Part shown: in pieces, positions 1-9,317 of the stretch
How positions within the stretch are numbered: position 1 is the stretch's first letter
Layout of the letters: each line of letters opens with the position of its first letter
NCBI GenBank assembly: GCA_041690215.1
Contig: JAWLHQ010000008.1
Coordinates: 4,170 to 68,169, forward strand
Origin: Rhodothermales bacterium
GTDB lineage: Bacteria > Bacteroidota > Rhodothermia > Rhodothermales > DASSAV01
Direction of reading: 5' to 3'
Length of the DNA stretch: 64,000 nt
Program-made: the position numbers and the translations under genes
The notes under the pieces: model-generated
The model's database searches: none
The model's input: the letters and a program-made list of their open reading frames with translations, nothing else
Told to the model about the DNA's origin: nothing

Positions 1-883
1 TGGGTGGGAGGTACATCATTGCTTTCGAGGATTACGGGTGTGGTCTAGGCCGGATCGAGTTCCCGATCGAGCGGTTCAGTTCGTGTCGGATGTTGTCGTG
101 TAACGGTACGAAATTCACGGATTTAACTCCACGCATAATCATGCGTAGGACCTATCTCGACCACCAGAAATCAAATCCGTTGGAGTAGGGGGCAGGCAGA
201 GGTAAAAGGAATAGTCAAAACACGATACGTATGCCGTTATTGCAACAGAAAAAAACCAAGCAACAAAAAACAATAACGGCTCGATTTATTTATACCGCTA
301 TATCTGTGTGCATAGTGTCAACTATTTTACATGTGTGCATAATACTGAGAACCTTTAAGTTTTTTGACTGTCACATCTTTCTTTCATCATGAAAAGCTTG
401 TAACCTATTCAGCGTCGGTCATGATCTAGGACTCGAATACGCTAGTTTATCCAGCCGAAAACGGATCCTTTCTGTTACACCCCTGTAATTTCACTTCCAA
501 ATGCCTTGCCTGGATGGTTCCATTTCCTGCCTAGTATGGCACCGGAAAACAGCTTGTAGTGCCGCAACATTTCCACGTGAGTTTTGGGCACACCGATCCT
601 ATCGTGTGTACGGCGTAGATACACCTCTACTTGTGCGTAAATATCTATTGAGTGGCCTGCTCCGTACGCTCGATAAACTCGTTGCAAACAGGAAATCCTG
701 TACACTGTATCCAAGCTGTTCGCCTTTCAATTCAAAGGCCCGGGTATTAATTGACGAATCACGTCATACCTGGCCGCATCTACTCACCTGGAGTGGCCTG
801 AACAACGAGGCCTGATCTCCACGCGCAATTCAGAACGGTGCAATCCCGCGCCGTTCTGTACCACCATTACCAGCAACGAAGCT

Positions 884-2569
884 ATGACTACGCTCGTCGT
901 TCCCGGTGTGCGGGTAGAAGCCCGCTTTGACGTGTTACCCCCGCTGCCTGCTCCGGCAGGAATCCTGGGCGTGGTAGGAATCGTGGACCGGCCGCCGTCC
1001 CGCGGCACGATCGGTGTAACCAAGCCCGGCGAGGTCCGGCAGCTGCTCGGACCCGGCACGGAAGTCAGCATGCCGGAGCTTATGCAGGCGCTTGCAAACG
1101 GAATCAGCGAAGCAATCGTTGCTCCGGTGGTCGGCGGAAGCTCGGCGTCCGTGACGCTGGATAACCCTGACGGCGATTCTGCCCTGCGATTACGATGCCG
1201 ATCGAACGGTGCATGGGGCAACGCGCTCCGGGTGGACGTTCGTACGACGGCCAATGCGAGCGGTGAGTTCGTACGCGCCACGATTCGCCTCCTCCTGGGC
1301 GGTCAGGTCGTCGAAGAGTTCCCCGACCTCCAGATTGCAGCCGGTCAGCCGGACGACGTATTCGAGGCAATCAACGCCCGCTCGCGCTACGTGGTCGCTA
1401 TTGATCCAGGCTTCGAGGACGCCGTTCCCGCCAATGGCACGTACGCCTTCTCCGAGGATGCTACGACGGTGAACGTGCCGCGAGAAGGTGCGGCAGCGGA
1501 CCTCTTTCAGCTTTTCGCGGCTCCAGGGGTTGACACGACGGGACTCTCCGTCACCATCGACGTGAACGAGGACGACGAGATCAGTCTTCAGGTCTTTCAG
1601 GGGGGCTTACAGGAGTCGTTCAGCAGGCTGGTGATGAACCCGGACGACGACAATTACCTGCCGTACGTGTTGCTGGCCCAGAGCCGTTTAATCCGCGTCC
1701 GACCACTGGCTTCGCAGGCGAACGCGCTGCCCGCAGCGACCGCCGGGCCTGTAGCCTTCGAGAACGGGACCTCGCCCAACGTACAGGCCTACCGCGACGC
1801 CATCGATCTGCTCAGCGAGGATCCCCGTATCGATCTCGTACTGGCCTCCATCGAACCGGGCCGGGTTGTGGCCGAGGTTCGGCAGATCCACCAGGCGCTC
1901 GTCGCTCACTGCGTGGCCATGGCCGACAACGGTGCGCCTCGCATCGCCTTCGGGTCGATCACGGCGGCCGAACAGGACGATCTGGACCAGATCCGTGATC
2001 ACGCCGCGAGCGTACGCAACCGGCGGTTCGTGCTCGTGGCGCCAGCCGGCGCCGAAGGGGCCGTGGCCGGTGTTATCGGGCGACTCAGGCCTCATTTCTC
2101 AGCCACCTTCAAGGCGGTGCCCCTTCACGGTATCCAACCGGCCTCGTTCCGAGAAAGCCAGCTTAACCGGCTGCTCGGCCCGAGCACGAACCTGCTCGTC
2201 GTCCAGCAGCGGGCTGGGCGCGGTGTCGTCGTGCTGCGCGCCATAGATACCACGGGTGACCAGATCTCCGTCACCCGTGTAGCAGACCAGTGTATTCGCG
2301 AGGCGAAGGCCATTGCAGAAAACTTCATCGGGCTGCTCAACACCGAGGAAGCCCGGATTGCCCTGCGCGAACAGATCGTGGCGACGTTCACGCGCATGGA
2401 GAGGGATAACGCCCTCGTGCCCTCCACGGATGGCAGCGATCCGGCCTTCCACGTCGACGTCTATTCGACCCAGCAGGACTTCGCGCAGGGCATCGTCCGT
2501 ATCGACATCGCCGTACGGCCGGTCCGCGCTATCGACTACATCTATGCCACCATCCGCGTCAAGAACTGA
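884..2569 (+). CDS. Contractile tail sheath protein (CIS/phage sheath family)
   Basis: 561 aa. N-terminal VPGVRVE resembles the sheath PGVYVE motif; C-terminal GIVRIDIAVRPVRAIDYIYATI is typical of sheath C-domains. First gene of a tail/baseplate operon. Confidence 0.9.
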   Translation: MTTLVVPGVRVEARFDVLPPLPAPAGILGVVGIVDRPPSRGTIGVTKPGEVRQLLGPGTEVSMPELMQALANGISEAIVAPVVGGSSASVTLDNPDGDSALRLRCRSNGAWGNALRVDVRTTANASGEFVRATIRLLLGGQVVEEFPDLQIAAGQPDDVFEAINARSRYVVAIDPGFEDAVPANGTYAFSEDATTVNVPREGAAADLFQLFAAPGVDTTGLSVTIDVNEDDEISLQVFQGGLQESFSRLVMNPDDDNYLPYVLLAQSRLIRVRPLASQANALPAATAGPVAFENGTSPNVQAYRDAIDLLSEDPRIDLVLASIEPGRVVAEVRQIHQALVAHCVAMADNGAPRIAFGSITAAEQDDLDQIRDHAASVRNRRFVLVAPAGAEGAVAGVIGRLRPHFSATFKAVPLHGIQPASFRESQLNRLLGPSTNLLVVQQRAGRGVVVLRAIDTTGDQISVTRVADQCIREAKAIAENFIGLLNTEEARIALREQIVATFTRMERDNALVPSTDGSDPAFHVDVYSTQQDFAQGIVRIDIAVRPVRAIDYIYATIRVKN

Positions 2570-2579
2570 CGAGTGAACG

Positions 2580-2963
2580 ATGCCAACGATCTTTGCCGCT
2601 AACGAAAGCAGCGTGCTGCTCAACGGAGAGCCGATAGAAGGGGTCCGGTCTGTCGAGTACCGGTTTCACCAGGACCGGCAGAACATCTACGCGCTCGGCA
2701 GCGCCGAACGTATCGGCATGACTTCGGGCCGCCAATTCGTCGAGGGGCGATTGCGGGTCGCTTCCACGAGTGCCGCACTCAATGCCCTGACGGGAGACGT
2801 TCCATTCCAGATCACAGCCATGCTCAGGCAGGGCGAGACGACCATGACGGTCTCATTCGACGACTGCCACCTGTCCGAGAAGAGCTTCGAGATGGGTGCC
2901 AGCGGCTTTGGGGAGGCACTTTACCACTTCACAGCCACCCGAGTTCGCGAAGAACCCGCCTGA
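2580..2963 (+). CDS. Tail tube protein (short, XkdM/Mu-like rather than typical T4 gp19/Afp1-like)
   Basis: 127 aa, beta-rich, directly after the sheath; IYALGSAERIG...GRLRV and TVSFDDC...F pattern of contractile tube proteins. Confidence 0.7.
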   Translation: MPTIFAANESSVLLNGEPIEGVRSVEYRFHQDRQNIYALGSAERIGMTSGRQFVEGRLRVASTSAALNALTGDVPFQITAMLRQGETTMTVSFDDCHLSEKSFEMGASGFGEALYHFTATRVREEPA

Positions 2964-3007
2964 GATAGTCCGGCTAAATCTCTGCATTTCGAGAGGAAGC
3001 TGTAGTC

Positions 3008-4261
3008 ATGCACGTACAGGTTACCATCGACATTGTAGGAGGCCAAGCGTACGCAGGCGATGCAGCCGTAGCCATCGCTGCGGCGGACGCCGTGTGGCCG
3101 GGCGCGCTGCGTTTCGAGGACGGACTCGTGATCCGGCCCCTCACATTCGGCGAAAGACTGCGCATGGTCCGGCGTGTGGCGACCACCGGGTCCCCCGCCG
3201 ATACGCTGGCGCAGGCAGTGCTCGCCGCCGCTACCGTGGAGGCTGCATTGACAGAGCCGGATGCTACGACACGGACAGTGCAGGAAATCCTGGCGCTCAC
3301 CCTTGCGGGCGCCGATCAGGAAGGACCGCCGTTCGTGGATACGATGCTGGCGCTGGCACGCGGCGCGCACTGGACGCCCGATCAGATCGACCGGGGTGAA
3401 GCGGCGGCGCTTGATCTTATTGCGCAGCGGCTCACGCCCGATCCTGCAGACGACGGCTGGATGCGAATCGCGTTTGAGGCACCTGCCGAGCTATCGACCA
3501 CAGCGCTGCGCAGGCAACTAGCCCTCAACCTGCTAAAGCGTCTGGATGCGTCGGTGCCGCTGGCTGAGCGCGAACCCGCGAAAGAGCAGGAAGCCTTCGG
3601 CCCGCCGCCGGAGCTCTCGCACCTACCAGGTTTCGGCGCTGGCACAGCATTGCCAGAAACCGATTCGTCTGGTCGGACAGAGAGAACCGTTCCGGTCGCC
3701 TCGCCACCGTCACCGCGGCCCTGGGCAGTCGGGGAGGAGAAGGCGCAGGCAGGTCCGGCGGTTCAGAAGACGCAGATTCCAGTAGGTGCACCTGCTGGAC
3801 ATGGCACCGGCACACGCCCCGTGAAGGCCCGCCTGCTGGGTACGCGTCCAGAATCGAAACCTTCACCCGCTCCAGAAGCGGCACCCGCGCGCGTGCTCTC
3901 ACGCAGGCAGACGGCGGATGGGCCCGTTCAGATCGGCGCTACTATTGCAGCCTTGCCGGCCCCGTCAGGTAGTACACCGCCCTCGCCCTTCCATCTTCCG
4001 AAGCAGGCACCGGTCCGACACAGGTTGCCCGCAGGTGACGGCCTTCCGGTCCCCGCACCGGTGGTCCGCGCATGGGAGACCTCCCTACCGGAAGTAATCG
4101 AGGCGCACCATGTGTGGCCACAGCACCGACTCGCATCCCGTGTGCAGATCGCACGTGAGCAACCACAGGAGTCCCTTGCCTTATTCGATCCGCACGATGT
4201 GGCTGATGAACTGGCCCGGCTCCTGCACGAAGAAGCTGACCTGAGAGGCCTGGATCCCTGA
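3008..4261 (+). CDS. Putative tail assembly chaperone-like protein with Pro/Ala-rich linker and helical C-terminus
   Basis: 417 aa after the tube. IRPLTFGERLRM resembles tail chaperones; HWTPDQID resembles the small post-tube proteins of eCIS loci; central low-complexity Pro-rich region; ends DVADELARLLHEEADLRGLDP. Confidence 0.5.
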   Translation: MHVQVTIDIVGGQAYAGDAAVAIAAADAVWPGALRFEDGLVIRPLTFGERLRMVRRVATTGSPADTLAQAVLAAATVEAALTEPDATTRTVQEILALTLAGADQEGPPFVDTMLALARGAHWTPDQIDRGEAAALDLIAQRLTPDPADDGWMRIAFEAPAELSTTALRRQLALNLLKRLDASVPLAEREPAKEQEAFGPPPELSHLPGFGAGTALPETDSSGRTERTVPVASPPSPRPWAVGEEKAQAGPAVQKTQIPVGAPAGHGTGTRPVKARLLGTRPESKPSPAPEAAPARVLSRRQTADGPVQIGATIAALPAPSGSTPPSPFHLPKQAPVRHRLPAGDGLPVPAPVVRAWETSLPEVIEAHHVWPQHRLASRVQIAREQPQESLALFDPHDVADELARLLHEEADLRGLDP

Positions 4262-4926
4262 TGGAACCCGAATCGCGTCCCATACCGCTGCTGGGAGATA
4301 TCCCCCTCGAATACGGCCAGGCCATCGAGCATGCGCTCGATGCGGGCTTCGTGTCTCTTCCGATTGCCGGGCTTGAGGGAGAACTGCAGCAGCGTCTGAG
4401 CAGGCGCAGTCATCGCATTCGAATCTCCGGCTATCTCGTCGGGGAGGATGCGGCGGAAAAACTCAAAACCCTGCAGCAGGCAGCAGCAAAGGGTGAGGCG
4501 CTGACCTTCTCAGCCGATATCACACGCGCGTTAGACCTTCAGCAGGTCGTCATCACGTCCTTCCGGGCAGCAGAATCAGCGGGGCAGCCGAACGTTTTCC
4601 GGTACGACATTGAAATCGCCGAAAGCCCGCCCCTTCCGCCGCCCGCACAGGTAGATCCTTTGGGCGGTCTCGGCGATTTCGGTTTGGGAGACCTCGGCTT
4701 CGACGAGGGGCTACTGGGCGATGTGCAAGATCTGGCAGGAGAAGTCGCTGGTGCTGTCGACGACGCCCTGAATGTGATCGACCAGCTCGGAGCGCTGGCG
4801 AACCTGGACGGCCTCAGTGTCGGCGGCATCCTCGAACCGCTCAGCACGTCCACAGACACCGTCCGCGATATCGGAACCGGACTGGCCTCGGCGGCCGGAA
4901 GTCTGCGGAGCATCTTTTTCGACTGA
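4261..4926 (+). CDS. Putative tube initiator / DNA-circularisation N-terminal-like baseplate protein
   Basis: 221 aa, start overlaps the previous stop. Beta-rich N-domain (IRISGYL...VVITSF...FRYDIEIAE) in the position of Afp7/gp48-like genes; acidic Gly/Leu-rich tail. Confidence 0.5.
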   Translation: MEPESRPIPLLGDIPLEYGQAIEHALDAGFVSLPIAGLEGELQQRLSRRSHRIRISGYLVGEDAAEKLKTLQQAAAKGEALTFSADITRALDLQQVVITSFRAAESAGQPNVFRYDIEIAESPPLPPPAQVDPLGGLGDFGLGDLGFDEGLLGDVQDLAGEVAGAVDDALNVIDQLGALANLDGLSVGGILEPLSTSTDTVRDIGTGLASAAGSLRSIFFD

Positions 4927-4929
4927 GCT

Positions 4930-5946
4930 ATGACCCCTCGCGTAACTCTCACCGTCGGCAGCGTCCGGTACGACACGCACGTGACCGAGGCTGTGGTCTC
5001 GCTCGGCTTCCTGCCGGGCGTGGGGACGGCTCACATCAGTCTGCCGTCCGCCACGCAATTCGACGCTGCTCCCGGAGAAAATGTGGAGATCACGCTGGAC
5101 AGCGGCGAGCGCGAAGCTGTCGTGCTGACAGGTACGATCGGGGCCCTACATCGAGACCTACGTGCCGTCGAGATCGTCGCGGCCGATGCCGGCGCACTGC
5201 TCGGGTCCGCCCGGCCCGCCGCCACGTTCGAGGCCTTGAGCGCCGGCGATGTCATCCGGAAGCTGGCCGGGGAAGCGGGCGTCGAGGTACGGATTTCCGG
5301 CGCAGACGTGGAGCTACCCTATTACGTGGCCCATCAGGGACAGACTGCTGCCGAACACGTTGCGGCCCTCGCGCGTCTGTGCGGATGCCTGGCGCTGGTG
5401 AATGCCGAAGGAGCCGTAGACGTTCACCCGACGCCACAAGGACGGCCCGAGGTCGCCCTGCGCTATGGACGCGAGTTGCTCGATTACCGCGCCGCCAGCA
5501 GACCGGTGGCGCCTTCGTTCGTGCGCCTGGGAAGCGGTCCTGCGGGGAACGCTGGTGCCCCGAATGCGCTCCTTCCGAGCTTCGACCGCCTCCCCGCGAG
5601 CGCTCCTGCTCCGGGAACCGAAACGCGGTGGATCCCCACATCGGTCATCAAGACACCTGGCGGGGCAACTACTGCCTCGAATGCTGAAAGCCGAGTCCAT
5701 GCAGCATCCAGACACCAGGTGCGGGCAGTCTGCTTTCTGCTGCCGCACATCCGGCCTGGCGCCGTCCTGGAGGTTCAGGACCTCCCTGAAGAGTTAGCGA
5801 GCGGGCCCTGGCTCGTCACGCGTGTGCGGCACCACGTCGGATCGCCACGAGGGGCACGCACGATCATCGAAGGATGGACAGCAAAAACCGGCAGCCTCTT
5901 CGATGGGATCTTCGGGGCAGCACTTGCCGGTGGAGGGCTGCTATGA
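4930..5946 (+). CDS. Baseplate hub protein (gpD/gp44/gp27-like)
   Basis: 338 aa between initiator and spike. YVAHQGQTAAEHVAALARLCG and LRPGAVLEVQ...GPWLVTRVRHH match hub (late control D) patterns. Confidence 0.7.
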   Translation: MTPRVTLTVGSVRYDTHVTEAVVSLGFLPGVGTAHISLPSATQFDAAPGENVEITLDSGEREAVVLTGTIGALHRDLRAVEIVAADAGALLGSARPAATFEALSAGDVIRKLAGEAGVEVRISGADVELPYYVAHQGQTAAEHVAALARLCGCLALVNAEGAVDVHPTPQGRPEVALRYGRELLDYRAASRPVAPSFVRLGSGPAGNAGAPNALLPSFDRLPASAPAPGTETRWIPTSVIKTPGGATTASNAESRVHAASRHQVRAVCFLLPHIRPGAVLEVQDLPEELASGPWLVTRVRHHVGSPRGARTIIEGWTAKTGSLFDGIFGAALAGGGLL

Positions 5947-6608
5947 GCACTGCCCTGTACGATAGTGTCTCCCGCATCGCGCGCCATGAGGTGAGATCCC
6001 GCCCTGTGGCAGCGATCGCTCGCGTGACGGAGCTTTTCGAAAAGGCCGGTCCTGATACCGACTACGCCGTCTCGGTCGAACTGCGCGACACCGGGCTCGT
6101 GCTGCCACGTGTGCCCGTGGCGACGGGTGTGAGCGGCATGGCCGCGCTTCCGGCAGTGGAGGACCTCGTCGTGGTCCTGTTCGCTGAAGGCGACTACCAC
6201 GCGCCCGTCGTCGTGGGGCGCCTGCACAGTCCGGGTGTACCCGCGCCCGAGCATCGGAGCGGCGAGATCGTGCTCCAGCTACCTGCCGGCAGCAAGTCGG
6301 ACGATGCCAAGCTGGATCTCAATATCAAGGGGGATACACCCCAGATACGACTTCGCCTCGGCAGCGATATCACGGTACAGCTGGATGGGGAGCAGGTGCT
6401 CATCGAAGCGGGCGACATGAAGGTGGCACTCACGACGGCTGGAGGTGGCAGCGCCGAGGTCGCAGCAGGCGAGGCAACGATCACGATGAAGGCGAGCGGA
6501 GACGTGAGTGTGAAGGCATCGAACAAGCTCGTCCTGGAGGCGAGTCAGATCGAGATCAAGGGCAATGCCACCGTCAAGATCCAGGGCGGAACGGTGGATA
6601 TCAACTGA
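5943..6608 (+). CDS. Baseplate spike protein (gpV/gp5 OB-fold, VgrG C-terminal-like)
   Basis: ATG at 5943 overlaps the hub stop. LPRVPVATG...LPAVEDLVVVLFAEGDYHAPVVVGRL is the gp5 OB motif, followed by a beta-helix (ITMKASGDVSVKASNKLVLEA). Confidence 0.8.
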   Translation: MSTALYDSVSRIARHEVRSRPVAAIARVTELFEKAGPDTDYAVSVELRDTGLVLPRVPVATGVSGMAALPAVEDLVVVLFAEGDYHAPVVVGRLHSPGVPAPEHRSGEIVLQLPAGSKSDDAKLDLNIKGDTPQIRLRLGSDITVQLDGEQVLIEAGDMKVALTTAGGGSAEVAAGEATITMKASGDVSVKASNKLVLEASQIEIKGNATVKIQGGTVDIN

Positions 6609-6633
6609 GAAAACAAGCTTAACTGGAATACCA

Positions 6634-7032
6634 ATGGGACTTCCCGCTGCTACTGCCAACCATACCGTGATCGGCGTCGACACTCACATCGTGATGGTAC
6701 CGACGCCCGGAGGGCCGGTGCCGACCCCGCTGCCGCACCCCTTCAACGGCATCCTGCAGGGGGGGCTGGTGCAGACGGTGAAGATCGCCGGTCAACCTGC
6801 TGCCGTGCAAAACTCCGTCGCGAACAATACGCCGCCCCACCTACCCACTCCTCCGGGCGTCTCATTCCAGAAGCCACCCGCCAATCAGGGTACGGTGCTC
6901 ATGGGCAGCCCGACAGTCCGCATCGGAGGGCAGATGGCTGCGCGCAACGGCGACCCCGTTACAACCTGCAACGATCCGGCGGACATGCCCGTGGGGCAGA
7001 TCATTGCCGCAGGAACAGTCTTTATCGGCTGA
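6634..7032 (+). CDS. PAAR-domain spike tip protein
   Basis: 132 aa from ATG 6634; VKIAGQPAAVQNS and VRIGGQMAARNGDPVTTC are PAAR-like repeats; follows the spike. Confidence 0.85.
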   Translation: MGLPAATANHTVIGVDTHIVMVPTPGGPVPTPLPHPFNGILQGGLVQTVKIAGQPAAVQNSVANNTPPHLPTPPGVSFQKPPANQGTVLMGSPTVRIGGQMAARNGDPVTTCNDPADMPVGQIIAAGTVFIG

Positions 7033-7061
7033 AGCCCATTACGTTTACGACAACCTTCATC

Positions 7062-7562
7062 ATGGCTGACTTTCTCGGCTCCGACCTCAACGTGGTACCG
7101 TTTCTCACGGCGCACGACGCCTCAGAGATGGACCTCGTGCTGCGAGAGCGGCCCCTGCGCCGGCCGTCCCGGACCCCGCACCCATCCATAGACTTCTCGT
7201 TCATCGGCGGGCGCAGCACGGCAGCTACGGACCTCGACGTCGTCTCGGGGCGGGAGAACCTGGCCCAGGCGCTTATACTAAGGCTCCTCACGCCCCGGGG
7301 TTCATTAGCCGCGCTGGGACATCCGGATTACGGCTCACGGCTCCACGAGCTCATCGGCCGGCCCAAGACGAGCGCGCTGCGCGGCCTCTGCCGAGCTTTC
7401 GTCCTGGAAGCCGTCGCCCAGGAACCCCGGGTAGAGAATAAGGCGGTTGAATTCGCCTTCGATCCCGCGCAGGAAACGCCCTCGTCGTTCGTGTTCACTC
7501 TGGCCGTGCAGCCTCGATCAGGAGGCGACGTGCTCAACCTGTCGCTGGAGGTGAGTCTATGA
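7062..7562 (+). CDS. GPW/gp25 family baseplate wedge protein
   Basis: LAQALILRLLTPRG...HPDYGSRLHELIG...EPRV gp25 signature. Confidence 0.85.
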   Translation: MADFLGSDLNVVPFLTAHDASEMDLVLRERPLRRPSRTPHPSIDFSFIGGRSTAATDLDVVSGRENLAQALILRLLTPRGSLAALGHPDYGSRLHELIGRPKTSALRGLCRAFVLEAVAQEPRVENKAVEFAFDPAQETPSSFVFTLAVQPRSGGDVLNLSLEVSL

Positions 7563-9316
7563 GCTACGTGCCGCGCACGTACGATGCGATCCTTCGCGAC
7601 CTGCTCACGACGCTCACGGGCGGCACAGTGCGTGAGACCTTGCTTGCGCCGGCGTCTGACGACGAGCTACTGGTCCCGGTCCGGCTGCAAGAGCGCCCCG
7701 TGCAGCGCATCTCTTTCCTGGAGGGCAAAATCCCGAACCCGTCTGAGCCCGACAACCGGGATAAAGACATCAGTTACCGGTTCACGGACGCCGACTTCGA
7801 GCTTGTCTCCTCGACTGGCGACGAGAACAACAAAGACAGCATCCGTTTCCGCAAGGACGGCCGCCGACCCGCTCCGGGAACGCTTCTCACGGTCAATTAC
7901 TATCCTGTCGAGACGAGCCCCGTGCCCATTACCGACCTCAACGTCGGATCGGTGGCGCGGACCCTGATCGAGACATTCGCGCGCGAGATTGCCGTCAGCT
8001 ACCTGCACCTGGAGCACATCTACAAGTCTGCGTTCCTGGATACCTCGGAGGGAGCTTCGCTCGACAAGGTGGTGGCGCTCGTAGGCGTATCTCGCCAGAG
8101 ACCGGGCCAGCCCATGGCAAAACTGAGGTTCACCCGGCAGGCAGGCGCTACCGGCCAGATCACTATTCCGGCCAACACGGCCGTGACGGATGCCGATGGG
8201 AACCGGTTCCTGCTCCAGCATACGGTCACGATGGACCCCGCCGAGGCATCACGCGACGTGGAAGCACGGGGGGAGTTCGCCAGCACACCGCTGGTCGAAG
8301 CGGGGACTCTGACAAGGCTCGAGACGCTCATCGCCGGCATCGGGAGCGTGACAAACCCGGAACCCGCCTATCGCCTGACGGTGGCCGAGACAGATGAGGC
8401 GCTGCGCCGCCGTGCGCGCGTTGCCCTTCAAGGAAGTGTGCGCGGGACGCTGCCCGCCCTGGAGGATGGCCTCCGCGCTGTCGAGGGCGTCAAAGACGTC
8501 TCTGTCATTGAGGCACCAAACGGAGTCCCCGGAGAGATCAAGATCGACGTCGCCTTCAGTGGTGATCCGGCCGCCGTGCTGCCTGTACTCCAGCGGCGGG
8601 TACGGGAGTTACGCCCGGCCGGGGTCCGTGTCCACTCCATCGGCGAGGCGCCCCGCCGGCGCGTGCGGGTTCAGGTTCACCTCACCCTGGCGGGAAGCGG
8701 CGTACCGGCCGCCGATGTGAACCGTCTTCTTCGCGACGCCGAGAGCCGCCTGAACGACTACCTAGAATCATTACCGCCTGGGGCCGCAGGCAGTGGAACG
8801 CCGGTGCGTCAGGCGAAAATGATGGCAGCCCTCCTGGCAGACGAACGCATTGCCGACGCCTCGATCCAGTTCACGGAAATGGGGCGACCGCTCCCTGGCC
8901 CCCTTACCCTCAACCCCGGCGAGGTGCTGGAAGTCGAAGCGTACGACTTTCCGACTCCTGCGGTCGAAACCGCCCCTGATGTGGTTGCGGGCACCTCGAC
9001 GGTCCACGCCGACATACCCGTCTTCCCGGAGGTCGGCACGTCTCTCACCGAGGCGCAGCAGGCGATCACGCTGGCTTTCGGCAGCTACCTGGCGACTGTG
9101 GGTCCGTCCACGCCGCTCACGGTAGATGCCTTGCGCACCGCGCTCCGCGATGACACCCGGTATGCCATCGCCGCCAGCGACATGATCGTCACGGTCGAGC
9201 GGTTCGACGGCACCTTCCAGCAGCTGAGCCTTGGTGCCGGGCAGTACGTACCTGTCGACGGCGAGACCCTGGCACAGGGTATCCTCTCAATCAACGAGCC
9301 CGAAGTGGCGGGATAG
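7559..9316 (+). CDS. Baseplate J/gp47 family protein
   Basis: 585 aa. GSVARTLIE, ASGASLD-like EGASLDKVVALVGVSR, ETDEALRRRAR...GT, GVPGEIKI, RPAGVRV motifs of baseplate J. Confidence 0.85.
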   Translation: MSYVPRTYDAILRDLLTTLTGGTVRETLLAPASDDELLVPVRLQERPVQRISFLEGKIPNPSEPDNRDKDISYRFTDADFELVSSTGDENNKDSIRFRKDGRRPAPGTLLTVNYYPVETSPVPITDLNVGSVARTLIETFAREIAVSYLHLEHIYKSAFLDTSEGASLDKVVALVGVSRQRPGQPMAKLRFTRQAGATGQITIPANTAVTDADGNRFLLQHTVTMDPAEASRDVEARGEFASTPLVEAGTLTRLETLIAGIGSVTNPEPAYRLTVAETDEALRRRARVALQGSVRGTLPALEDGLRAVEGVKDVSVIEAPNGVPGEIKIDVAFSGDPAAVLPVLQRRVRELRPAGVRVHSIGEAPRRRVRVQVHLTLAGSGVPAADVNRLLRDAESRLNDYLESLPPGAAGSGTPVRQAKMMAALLADERIADASIQFTEMGRPLPGPLTLNPGEVLEVEAYDFPTPAVETAPDVVAGTSTVHADIPVFPEVGTSLTEAQQAITLAFGSYLATVGPSTPLTVDALRTALRDDTRYAIAASDMIVTVERFDGTFQQLSLGAGQYVPVDGETLAQGILSINEPEVAG

Positions 9317-9317
9317 C

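Noticed and set aside
3-188. Open frame at the left edge (GGRYIIAFEDY...NPLE*)
   Set aside because: Could be a gene tail, but 61 aa with no motif is not enough to call.
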